This document shows positions 10,171 through 19,038 of a stretch of 64,000 nt of DNA, piece by piece. Each line of letters opens with the position of its first letter. The first letter of the stretch is position 1. The notes under the pieces are model-generated. The model did no database searches. It worked only from the letters and a program-made list of their open reading frames with translations, and was not told the DNA's origin. The position numbers and the translations under genes are program-made. Source of the DNA: Chloroflexota bacterium (GTDB lineage Bacteria > Chloroflexota > UBA11872 > VXOZ01); NCBI GenBank assembly GCA_963663275.1, contig OY760183.1:3424001-3488000 (forward strand). The letters are read 5' to 3'.

Positions 10171-12342
10171 ATGACGAACCGGGTTGTGGGCGCCCCGACG
10201 AGGCGGGTCGAGGGACCGGACAAGGTGACCGGTCGGCAGCAGTACTCCGCCGATATGGAGATGGAAGGGCTGCTCTGGGGCAAGATACTGCGCAGCCCGT
10301 ACCCCCACGCTCGGATCGTTCGCATCGATGCGTCACGGGCCAGGGAGGTTCCCGGCGTGCACGCCGTCATCACCGGGGCCGATTACCCCCGCCTCATCGG
10401 CCGGGCGGTCAAGGACCTCCCCGTGCTGGCCTACGAGAAGGTGCGTTTCATCGGTGAGCGGGTCGCCGCCGTGGCCGCCGAGACAGCCGCCGCTGCGAAG
10501 GAGGCGCTCGACCTCATCGAGGTGGAATACGAGGAGCTGACCCCCGTCTTCGACATGCAGGAGGCCATCACTCCCGGCGCGCCCATCGTCCACGACGACC
10601 CGACGGTCTACACAGGCGCCTTCGTCCATCCCGAGCGCCCCGACCTGCCCAACCTCTGCTCCTTCGACCGCTGGTCGCGCGGCGACCTCGCGGCGGGCTT
10701 CGCGGTGGCTGACCGTATCTCGGAGAACACCTTCCGCACGCAGAAGCAGCACCACGTCTACATGGAGACGCACGCCTGCGTGGTCTCGGTGGGGGAGGAC
10801 GGCGCCGCCGAAGTGTGGGCGTCCAACAAGAGCCCATACGCGCTCCGGGGCCAGCTTGCCATGTCGCTCGGCGTCGAGCCTGCGTCGATCAAGATCTACC
10901 CCATGGCGGTGGGCGGCGACTTCGGCGGCAAGGGCTCGCCCATGGACACTCCGGTTGCCTACCTCCTCTCGCAGGTTGCCGGAAGGCCGGTCAAGATCGT
11001 CATGGGCTACGACGAGGAGCTCCTCGCCGCGAACACCCGGCATCCGAGCGAGATCACGGTCCGCACCGGCGTCACCAGCGACGGCATGCTGACCGCGCTG
11101 GAGGTCAGCGCCTGCTTCGACAGCGGCGCGTACGGCGCGTTCAAGGCGGTGCCGAACATCAACCTCCACGCCATGGAGCAGACCGCGAGCTGCTACCGCG
11201 TTCCGGCCTTCGACGTGAAGAGCTACGTGGCGTACACCAACGTCATCCCCTCCGGCCATATGCGCTCCCCCGGCGGGCCCCAGATCACCTTCGCGGTGGA
11301 GTCGCAACTGAACATCGTGGCCGCCGAGCTCGGCATGGACGCGGCAGAGCTGCGTCTGAAGAACCTCGTGCAGCCCGGAGACACCGCCCCGAACGGCGAG
11401 CAGTGGGTCAACATCAAGGCGGTCGAGACGCTGCAGGCCGCGCTGGACGCCGTCGGCTGGGAGAACCCCAAACCGGCGCTCGTGGGACGCGGGCTCGCCA
11501 TGTACGAGCGCGGCCCTATCGGCGGCGACTCCAGCTGCAAGCTCATCCTGCACGAGGACCGTTCGCTGAGCCTCATCCTGCCGATACCCGACCCCGGGCA
11601 GGGCGGCCCCACGGTGATGCAGCAGATCGCAGCCGAGCACCTCGGCGTCGGTTCCGACCGCGTCGCGGTGCGGTTGGCGCCGACCGACCAGCTCCCCTTC
11701 GACATGGGCGTCGGCGGAAGCCGCACGACCTTTGCTGTGGGAGTGGCGGTCGCCCAGGCCGCAGAGACGCTGATGGCGCGGCTCAAGGAGACGGCAGGCG
11801 ACGCCCCGTTCGACGAGGCCGCCGCCGCGCTCGTGGCTGCGGAAGGCGGCGACGTCACCATCGACGTCTACCGCAAGACCCCCTTCATTCCCGAACCCGC
11901 CACGACCGAGTTCACCGCCCAGGCGGCGGAGGTGGAGGTCGACCCGGAGACCGGACAGGTGAAGGTGCTCCGCGTCGTCACCTCGCACGACGTCGGCACG
12001 ATCATCAATCCGGCGGGCCACCAGGGGCAGATCGCGGGCGGGGCCATTCAGGGCTTCGGCATGGCCATGATGGAGGAGTTCGCGCTGGACGGAGGCAAGC
12101 CGGTTGCCCTGAACCTTGCCGACTACAAGATCCCGACCATCATGGACGTCCCCACGCTCGAAACGGTGCTGGTCGGTCGCGACGACGGACCGGGTCCCTT
12201 CAACAGCGGGGCCATCGCTGAATCGGCGAACGTGCCCACCGCTGCCGCTGTCGCCAACGCGGTCAGCGACGCCATCGGCAAGCCTGTCCTCCAGTTGCCA
12301 GTCACCGCCGAGTACGTCCTCGGCCTGCTCCGCGGCGACTGA
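10171..12342 (+). CDS. Xanthine dehydrogenase/CoxL-family molybdopterin-binding large subunit
   Basis: ILRSPYPHARI, VGGDFGGK, GQIAGGAIQG, DYKIPT; active-site loop GHMRSPG. Confidence 0.9.
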   Translation: MTNRVVGAPTRRVEGPDKVTGRQQYSADMEMEGLLWGKILRSPYPHARIVRIDASRAREVPGVHAVITGADYPRLIGRAVKDLPVLAYEKVRFIGERVAAVAAETAAAAKEALDLIEVEYEELTPVFDMQEAITPGAPIVHDDPTVYTGAFVHPERPDLPNLCSFDRWSRGDLAAGFAVADRISENTFRTQKQHHVYMETHACVVSVGEDGAAEVWASNKSPYALRGQLAMSLGVEPASIKIYPMAVGGDFGGKGSPMDTPVAYLLSQVAGRPVKIVMGYDEELLAANTRHPSEITVRTGVTSDGMLTALEVSACFDSGAYGAFKAVPNINLHAMEQTASCYRVPAFDVKSYVAYTNVIPSGHMRSPGGPQITFAVESQLNIVAAELGMDAAELRLKNLVQPGDTAPNGEQWVNIKAVETLQAALDAVGWENPKPALVGRGLAMYERGPIGGDSSCKLILHEDRSLSLILPIPDPGQGGPTVMQQIAAEHLGVGSDRVAVRLAPTDQLPFDMGVGGSRTTFAVGVAVAQAAETLMARLKETAGDAPFDEAAAALVAAEGGDVTIDVYRKTPFIPEPATTEFTAQAAEVEVDPETGQVKVLRVVTSHDVGTIINPAGHQGQIAGGAIQGFGMAMMEEFALDGGKPVALNLADYKIPTIMDVPTLETVLVGRDDGPGPFNSGAIAESANVPTAAAVANAVSDAIGKPVLQLPVTAEYVLGLLRGD

Positions 12343-12368
12343 TCCCCGCGCGTGGTGAGCCTGGGAGG

Positions 12369-12629
12369 TTACGGCAGGGGCGCGATTCTGCCCGGCATCT
12401 CTTGGCGGGTCCTGCGCTCCCACGCTGCGAACAGTTCTTGCTGGTGGAGCGTGGCCCATTCGACAACGAGGCCCAATGCCCGTGGTGGGAGTTGACCGCG
12501 TGTCACAGCGAGACTGCCTATCTCGACCGTCGCCTCCTGCTCCTGGTAGACCGCGTGGAAGTGCGGAGGCGCGTGGTCTCTGAAGTGCATCCGTATGACG
12601 ATGCCGTAGAACCGTGAGAGTTCAGGCAT
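12369..12629 (-). CDS. DUF4160-domain protein (putative toxin)
   Basis: MPELSRFYGIVIRMHF.DH.PPHFHA.Y...LVVEWA.LHQ.EL. Confidence 0.85.
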   Translation of the reverse strand: MPELSRFYGIVIRMHFRDHAPPHFHAVYQEQEATVEIGSLAVTRGQLPPRALGLVVEWATLHQQELFAAWERRTRQEMPGRIAPLP

Positions 12630-12906
12630 TGGCGGGTGCGCTCTGCTCGGCAAGCGCCATCTCTTCCAGCGTCTTGCCGGTGAGCTCCATGTAAAGGGCG
12701 TCCGCGCAGATGTCGATCTCGTCGCCCCAGGCGACGGCGCGGTAGTCGGTCAGATGCACGGACTCGAAGAAGGTGCGGTCTTTCCATGCGGTGAACACGC
12801 CTTTGCCCGCCATGTCGGACAGGTCGACCTCGCCGGAAGCGCCATCGTTGAAGCGCACCCAGATGCGGTAGCCCTCGCGAGCCTCGACTGCTATCGGTGT
12901 GAGCAT
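12622..12906 (-). CDS. DUF2442-domain protein (putative antitoxin)
   Basis: YRIWVRFNDG..GEVDL...GVF...F..V...AVAW...DIC.DALY; GAAGGAGG RBS. Confidence 0.85.
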   Translation of the reverse strand: MLTPIAVEAREGYRIWVRFNDGASGEVDLSDMAGKGVFTAWKDRTFFESVHLTDYRAVAWGDEIDICADALYMELTGKTLEEMALAEQSAPANA

Positions 12907-12943
12907 CCGTTCCCTCCTTCGGAAGTATATCAAGTGCAAGCAA

Positions 12944-12982
12944 CCCTCACTCCCCGGCCCTCTCCCGCCATCGGGAGAGGGG
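12944..12982. repeat. REP-like palindrome (CCCTCAC..CCCTCTCCC..GGGAGAGGG family)
   Basis: Hairpin; a related copy lies at 15526-15572. Confidence 0.6.
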
Positions 12983-13158
12983 AGACACCCGCCTCTAACC
13001 CGCCTGTCCAGTTCTGCTCGCGCCGCGTGACCAGATGTGGTTGCCGTAGGAGAGGAGGAGGAACTTGAGACGCCCCGTGTTGCCTAGGGCAGCACCTCAG
13101 GCTATGGTGACGCAATCTCCAAGGCAGTTGACGAGCAACATCAGGAGGACGCAAGCCT

Positions 13159-15102
13159 GTGGACGGATTTCTCACACTGGCGCTGCTGATAGCAATCGTG
13201 GCGCTCTTCGGTTGGGGGTTCAGCCGTTTCAGGAGAGAGGGCTTCAGTGCCGACAGCAGTAGCGCCGATTACAGCAACCCGAGAACCCACCTCATGCGTG
13301 TCGTCCTGAAGGAAGTGACCGACCATGTGGAGAGCATGACAGGCAATACTCAAATCGGGTGCCGTGTCGATGACCAGGAGGGTGTCCTCACTCTGACAGC
13401 GGATATGGAGCAGTTCGAGCATTTCCGCAAGCGGAGAGGGGTTTGGCAATGGGCGGGTTATTTCGAGGAACGGCGGCTGGAACGGCAGTGGTCCAGAACC
13501 CCTGCGGCTACACGCCGCTGGGAGGCCATCACGATGACCATACCTGTCGCCATAAATGCTGCCTTCAACGCTGACTATCATCTGCGGATCGTGCGCTTCC
13601 ATATTGGGGATATGGAAAACGACCAACTGACAACGTGCAGAGTCAGCGTCGAAGCGCAGCGTGGGGGACGCCACGATTGGCGGTACGACAAAAGGGCCAG
13701 AGGCTACCTCGCTCCCGTCATTCCCCACGATTACGAGGGCATCCCAGCACCGGGAGTGGTTTTGCATCCGACCCATCCGACTTCGAATACCAGGTTGCGC
13801 GGATGTTGCAGAATCGTGGACTGACCGTAGAAGTTACCGGCGGACCAGGCGATGAGGGTGTGGACATCATCGCCCGCGACATAACGCCTATCACCGGTGG
13901 GATGTACTTAGTGCAATGCAAACGCTATGCCCTAGACCGCAAGGTCGGCGTAGCCGACGTGCGAGAGCTATACGGGACAGTACAGGAGAAGCGTGCGAGC
14001 AAGGGCGTTCTCGTGACTTCGTCCACGTTCACCACGCAAGCACGCCGTTTCGCGGAGGACAAGCCCCTGGAATTGATAGATGGCACTGAGTTACAGGAGT
14101 TGCTTGAGAGTATAGAGCAAGAACCAGATTATGAAAGATTGTGGGACGACATTGAGGATTACATCAAGGAGAATGCAGAGGTACCGGACGACAGTGAAGG
14201 TGACCAGTCGAAGGAGGATAGACTTGAAGTTGCGTCTTTGCATGAAGCCGCAGCTGATGACAACCTGACGGGCGTAAGAATACTGCTAGATAAAGGGGCA
14301 GATATCAATGAGCTGGACAGTGAACAGTTCACGCCGCTGCAAAAGGCAGTGATGAACGATGCCGGACTGGCAATGCTCGAATTACTCCTTGATAGGGGTG
14401 CAGATATAGATGCAAGGGGAGTGGAAGGATATGCCGCTTTGCACATGGCGATAATGAAGGGAAACAGAAGGAGCGTTACACTGCTAATCAACAAAGGCGC
14501 GCATATCGAGGCACAAAACGATAATGACTGGCTGACACCTCTTCACATTGCGATAGCACAGGGGAACTTATCCATTGTTGCGTTGCTGCTGGGCAGCGGC
14601 GCAGACCCCAATCTCACCAACGCTGACGGTATCACTGCGCTACATGGCGCGGTGAAGATGAATCCACTAGCGATACCCCTACTGATACAACATGGCGCAG
14701 ATACCGAATCGCAGGATGACTCCCATGTCACTCCTCTGCTCCTAGCGGTAGCGGAAGAGCGAGTCGAGAGCATCCGGTTGCTGATCGACGGAGGCGCACA
14801 CGTAGATGGAAGAGGAGGTGATGATGACTCAATAACGCCTCTACACATGGCAATCTCCCCAGATACAGACCCGTCGATCCTGCCTCTGTTGCTTGACTTT
14901 GGAGCGGATATCGAGGCGAGAGGCCGTCGGGGGGATGACGCCCCTGCAGCTTGCAGTAGGACTGGGGACGCCATCCACTGTGGCAACACTATTGATGCGA
15001 GGGGCAGACCCTCAAGCACGCAACGACCTTGGGCTGACTGCTTATGACGTGGCAGTTGAACAAGGGGCACCCGAAGAAGTGCTCCGCCTGCTGCGCAGAT
15101 AA
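13159..15102 (+). CDS. Membrane-anchored Mrr-family restriction endonuclease fused to ankyrin repeats, split by two apparent 1-nt frameshifts (T4 13760-13763, G6 14929-14934)
   Basis: N-terminal hydrophobic helix; Mrr_cat FEYQVARML...DEGVDIIA...VQCKRY...VGVADVRELYG...GVLVTSSTFT...LELIDG; ~8 TPLH-type ankyrin repeats continuing in ORF 14893-15102. Confidence 0.8.
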
Positions 15103-15175
15103 CGCCCCGTCCACGAGGACGCTCCTCACGGAAACTACATGGGAGGGTTTCTCGGCTCCGCTTGGAATGCCCCCT

Positions 15176-15221
15176 GTGACACCCGCCCCTATCGCAGTCG
15201 CCCCCGACCGCGTACGCTGGT
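15176..15221 (+). repeat. Conserved ~47-bp element, copy 1
   Basis: GTGACACCCGCCCCTATCGC-AGTCG..-CGCGTACGCTGGT; matches 46934-46980(-) and 56676-56722(+). Confidence 0.8.
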
Positions 15222-15276
15222 CCGGCAGCATGGACGCCTCAGGCCCACGTCGGCGCAGGCGCCTCGCGAGACCGGC

Positions 15277-15410
15277 GAGCAGTTACGAGCAGGAATAAGC
15301 AGGTTAAGCATAGGAAAGAGCAGCGAATGAGCAGCTATGAGCAGTCCGACTGCTCGCGCGGAAGGTCGGTTGCAGAGGTGAAGTCAGGCCGGATGAGCAG
15401 AAATGAGCAG
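15277..15410 (+). repeat. Phased (G/A)AGCAG direct repeats
   Basis: Copies at 15277, 15287, 15297, 15306, 15318, 15329, 15339, 15395, 15405; inverted copy at 15350. Confidence 0.75.
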
Positions 15411-15465
15411 CGTTTCCCCCGGAAACATTCGCTCGCTACCCTGCACCAGTCCTCACCAGTTGGGG

Positions 15466-15614
15466 TTCGACAGGCTCACCACGAGCGGGTCAGTCGTCGT
15501 TTCGAGTGGAACTCAGCATGACAGCCCCTCACCCGCCGCGCCGCCGCGCGCCGACCTCTCCCAAGGGAGAGGCGAGCGGCAGGGGGCATGGATTCCAGCT
15601 TTCGCTGGAATGAC
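15466..15614. repeat. Cluster of REP-like palindromes from at least three families
   Basis: TTCGACAGGCTCACCACGAGCGG 15466-15488; CCTCTCCC/GGGAGAGG 15526-15572; GGATTCCAGCTTTCGCTGGAATGAC 15590-15614. Confidence 0.75.
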
Positions 15615-15707
15615 GAGTTGGGGCTAGCGCAGCGGGAGGTAGCGGAGGCGGCGCAAGCCGTCAACGATGGCGGCGCGGAAACCCTCGTCCGCTGCGAAAC
15701 GAAGCAT

Positions 15708-16070
15708 CTAGGACGCTCGTTGCTCCTGTCGAGCCGCTTCGCGGCGGGCGTGCAGCCGGGTCAGCAAGGAAGCATTGTCCGGGTGGAGCGCGTCTATCTC
15801 AGCCTTGGCTTGCTCCCAGTCCTCGTCCACCTCACGCAGGTAGGCCTCGACCTCCTCCGTGTTGCGGAGGTAGTAGGCGATGACGGCGTAGACGTCCGCG
15901 AGTTCGAGCGTGGGAAGCGCCTCCCTGATCTGTTCGGGCGTCTCTCCCGCCTTGTGCGACCAGACGACGAACTCGAAGTTCACGCGCGTCTGCGGGCCGG
16001 ATACGCGCACCGCGCCGTCCGGCTCGACCTGCAGCGGGACGGTCATGCTGGGGAAGCTCTCGATCGCCAT
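15708..16070 (-). CDS. DUF433-domain protein (antitoxin-like)
   Basis: GAVRV...TRV....VV....GETPEQI....PTLELADVYAVIAYYL. Confidence 0.85.
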   Translation of the reverse strand: MAIESFPSMTVPLQVEPDGAVRVSGPQTRVNFEFVVWSHKAGETPEQIREALPTLELADVYAVIAYYLRNTEEVEAYLREVDEDWEQAKAEIDALHPDNASLLTRLHARREAARQEQRAS

Positions 16071-16175
16071 GTTCGTTGCTCCTGCGCCTGCTCCATGCGT
16101 CGGCGCCAGTATACGCCACCTCACCATGAGCGGGCTGCGGTGGTATCGTCTGCACGGCAGGGGAGGTGCAACGCC

Positions 16176-17240
16176 ATGAAGGTCATAGACGCGGACGCGC
16201 ACGTTGACGAGACCGACGCTACCTGGGACTTCCTGGAGCCGGAGCACGCGAAGCTGCGCCCCATCACCGCGGTTGCGGTCGAGGACGCGGCCACAGAAGG
16301 GATCGCGAAGAACTTCCTGCGCTACTGGAACATCGACGGGCGGATGCGCCTCCGCCGGATGCGCGACGACGTGCGCACCGGCACCACCGAGGCCACCCGC
16401 GAACTGAAGGACGTTCCCGCGCGCCTGCGCCAGATGGACGAGCTCGGCGTCGACGTGCAGGTGCTCTACCCGACGATGATGCTGAGCGCCGTGAGTGAGA
16501 AGCCGGAGGTGGAGGCCGCCCTGTGCCGCTCCTACAACCGCTGGATAGCCGGCCGTTGCGCGGAATCGGACGGACGACTGCGGTGGGTCGCGTCGCTGCC
16601 CGTGCTCAGCATCGACGTTGCCGTCGAGGAGATGGCGTGGGCGAAGGAGCACGGCGCGGCGGGCGCCATCAAGCGCGGCGTCGAGGCGGGACAGCGCTCG
16701 GCGGGCGACCCGTACTTCTACCCGCTGTACCGGCAGGCGGAGGAGCTGGACATGGCGATGTGCATCCACATCGGCGCGGGCGAGGTGACGGAGGGGATGA
16801 CGAACCCCATCTGGCAGCACCGCCTGCCGCCGATCGATGCGTTCGTCTCCCTCGTGCTCGAGCGGGTGCCGCAGAAGTTCCCCCGGCTGCGCGTCGGCTT
16901 CGTGGAGGCGATGTCGTCCTGGGTGCCGTTCGCCCTTGCCGAGCTGGAGGCGCGGAAAGAGCGCATGGCCTGGCTGATGGACATCGACCTGCAGGAGGAC
17001 CTGCTGCGCGAGTGCCGCTTCTACGTCGCCTGCCAGACGCACGAGGACCTGAACTACATCGCGTCGCGCACGGGCAGCGACAACCTCGTCATCGGGACGG
17101 ACTACGGGCACGCCGACCAGTCGGCCGAGATCAACGCGCTGAGCATCCTCCGCGAGAAGGGCGAGCGCGAGGAGGTCCCCGCGAGTCTCGCGGAGAAGGT
17201 GCTCACCGCCAACCCCGCCGCGCTCTACGGGATCGACTAA
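16176..17240 (+). CDS. Amidohydrolase_2 family protein
   Basis: MKVIDADAH, YNRW, DPYFYPLY, GTDYGH; GGAGG RBS. Confidence 0.9.
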   Translation: MKVIDADAHVDETDATWDFLEPEHAKLRPITAVAVEDAATEGIAKNFLRYWNIDGRMRLRRMRDDVRTGTTEATRELKDVPARLRQMDELGVDVQVLYPTMMLSAVSEKPEVEAALCRSYNRWIAGRCAESDGRLRWVASLPVLSIDVAVEEMAWAKEHGAAGAIKRGVEAGQRSAGDPYFYPLYRQAEELDMAMCIHIGAGEVTEGMTNPIWQHRLPPIDAFVSLVLERVPQKFPRLRVGFVEAMSSWVPFALAELEARKERMAWLMDIDLQEDLLRECRFYVACQTHEDLNYIASRTGSDNLVIGTDYGHADQSAEINALSILREKGEREEVPASLAEKVLTANPAALYGID

Positions 17241-18409
17241 GGCTCGCCGAAGAAGCGGACGGCATTGTCCCACATGAACTTGCGCATCGTGTCGGGCCCG
17301 ATGCTCGGCCATCCCTGCACGATGGCGGGTGAGTTGGGGAACTGGCACTCTGCGTGCGGGTAGTCCGACGCGTACATCAGGATGTCGTCGCCGAGGAAGT
17401 CCATGACCATGCGGACCATGTCCTCCTCCTCCGTCATCTCGATGCTCGCGAAGAAGCGCCCGTCCGCGACGTACTTGCTCATCTTCTGCCGGAGGTCGGC
17501 AGTGAAACCGACGTAGGCGGCGTTCACGTCCATGCGCCGCACCCAGAACGGCAGCCAGCCGACGCCTGATTCGAGGACGCCGAAGTTGATGGGGTAGCGG
17601 TCCATGATCCCCGCACCGATGAACGCGGCCATCGTCTTCATCGCGCCCCACGGGTGGGAGCAGAGGCGCGCGAGGAAGCGGTTGTTGTCCATGTCCTTGT
17701 AGCCGGGGAAGTACGGCGGCGCCCACGTCATGCTGTGGTGCACGGCGCCGAGACCCCGGTTGGCAGCGGCGGCCCAGAGCGGGTCCATACGCGGATGGTC
17801 CATCGGCTCGCCGACGCCCGCGAACGGAAGGACGCCGGCGGCCCAGCGCTCCTTCCCCCAGCGGTCGACCTCCGCGACCGAGCCCTCGACGTCCGTGCCG
17901 GAGACGGCGAGGAGCGCCTTGAACCGGCCCGGATGCGCGGCGGCGAGGTCGTCCACCATACGGTGGTAGGCGCGTATCAGCCCCATCTCCAGCGCGGGGT
18001 CTCCGAGCAGCGAGACGCCGATGGCCACGTCCGGCACCATCATGTGCACGTCCGTGCCCTCCTCGTTCATATCGGCGATGCGCTGCTCGAACGCGTCGTC
18101 GATGACGCCCACGCCGGGGAGTTTCTCGCCGGTGTACTCGCCGAAGTGGAGGCGCGAGTGCGCGTCCTTCGGGGCCTCGCGCGGCTCGGCGTCGCCCAGG
18201 TGGCGCCGGTAGGGGCTGAGGCTCACCGCGTAGTGGTGACGCGCGGGGTCTTCGCGGGGCGTGGTCGTCTGATCGGAGCGGGCTCCGATCTTGTACTGCT
18301 CGAGTTCAGGCAGCCGCTCCCTGAACTCGCTGTCGAAGTAGGGCTCCAGCGCCTCCACCGACGGGTGGATGTGCGTGTCAGCGTCGAAGACTCTCTGTCC
18401 GTTCAGCAT
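17237..18409 (-). CDS. Amidohydrolase_2 family protein
   Basis: FDADTH, LESGVGWLPFW, ASDYPH. Confidence 0.9.
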   Translation of the reverse strand: MLNGQRVFDADTHIHPSVEALEPYFDSEFRERLPELEQYKIGARSDQTTTPREDPARHHYAVSLSPYRRHLGDAEPREAPKDAHSRLHFGEYTGEKLPGVGVIDDAFEQRIADMNEEGTDVHMMVPDVAIGVSLLGDPALEMGLIRAYHRMVDDLAAAHPGRFKALLAVSGTDVEGSVAEVDRWGKERWAAGVLPFAGVGEPMDHPRMDPLWAAAANRGLGAVHHSMTWAPPYFPGYKDMDNNRFLARLCSHPWGAMKTMAAFIGAGIMDRYPINFGVLESGVGWLPFWVRRMDVNAAYVGFTADLRQKMSKYVADGRFFASIEMTEEEDMVRMVMDFLGDDILMYASDYPHAECQFPNSPAIVQGWPSIGPDTMRKFMWDNAVRFFGEP

Positions 18410-18447
18410 TTGCGTCCTCCGTGAGAGAGGAGTATATCCCTCATCTT

Positions 18448-19026
18448 ATGACGGCGACGCCCCCAACGAGCAGTCCGGACACGGTGGAAGTGCGCGAGGT
18501 GGACGCCGCGCGCTGGCCCGATTTCGAGCGGCTGTTCGAGTCGCGCGGCGGGCCACGCTGGTGCTGGTGCCGGATGTGGCGCAGGGACGCCGAAGGGAGG
18601 ATGCCGCACGACCGCGTCCACATGAAGGAGGCGATGCGCAGCAGGATCATGAGCGGCGGGCGCGTCGGCCTGCTGGCGTACGTCGACGGCGAGCCCGTCG
18701 CGTGGTGCTCGGTCGCGCCCCGCGAGACGTTCGTGCGCGTCGGCGGCGTGGAGGAGCCGGGGGAGGACGAGAGCCGGGTGTGGTCGCTCACCTGCTTCTA
18801 CGTGCGGAACGCGTTCCGGCGTCGCGGGCTGACGGAGCGTCTCATCGAGGAGGCCGTGCGGCACGCCCGCGAGCAGGGGGCGTCGGTCATCGAGGCGTAC
18901 CCGGTCGCGCCGGACGCGCCGAGCTACCGCTTCTGCGGGTTCGTGCCGATCTTCGAGGCGCATGGGTTCTCGGAGGTGGGGCGCGCGGGGAAGCGGCGGC
19001 ACGTCATGCGGCGGTCGCTGGGGTAA
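18448..19026 (+). CDS. GNAT family N-acetyltransferase
   Basis: WCWC, GLLAY.DGEPVAWCSVAPR, CFYV...RRRGL, IEAYP. Confidence 0.85.
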   Translation: MTATPPTSSPDTVEVREVDAARWPDFERLFESRGGPRWCWCRMWRRDAEGRMPHDRVHMKEAMRSRIMSGGRVGLLAYVDGEPVAWCSVAPRETFVRVGGVEEPGEDESRVWSLTCFYVRNAFRRRGLTERLIEEAVRHAREQGASVIEAYPVAPDAPSYRFCGFVPIFEAHGFSEVGRAGKRRHVMRRSLG

Positions 19027-19038
19027 CATCGGCGGGGC

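Noticed and set aside
10171-12342. Aerobic CO dehydrogenase
   Set aside because: Lacks the AYxCSFR (form I) and AYxGAGR (form II) loops, and no coxM/coxS is adjacent.
13760-14934. The -1 and +1 shifts in mrr-ank as a compensating pair or programmed frameshifting
   Set aside because: The original frame stops at 13824 and there is no canonical slippery heptamer; phase variation at G6 cannot be excluded without reads.
15176-15221. 47-bp element as an integron attC site
   Set aside because: No RYYYAAC/GTTRRRY boxes, no long consistent hairpin in all copies and no integron integrase in the window.
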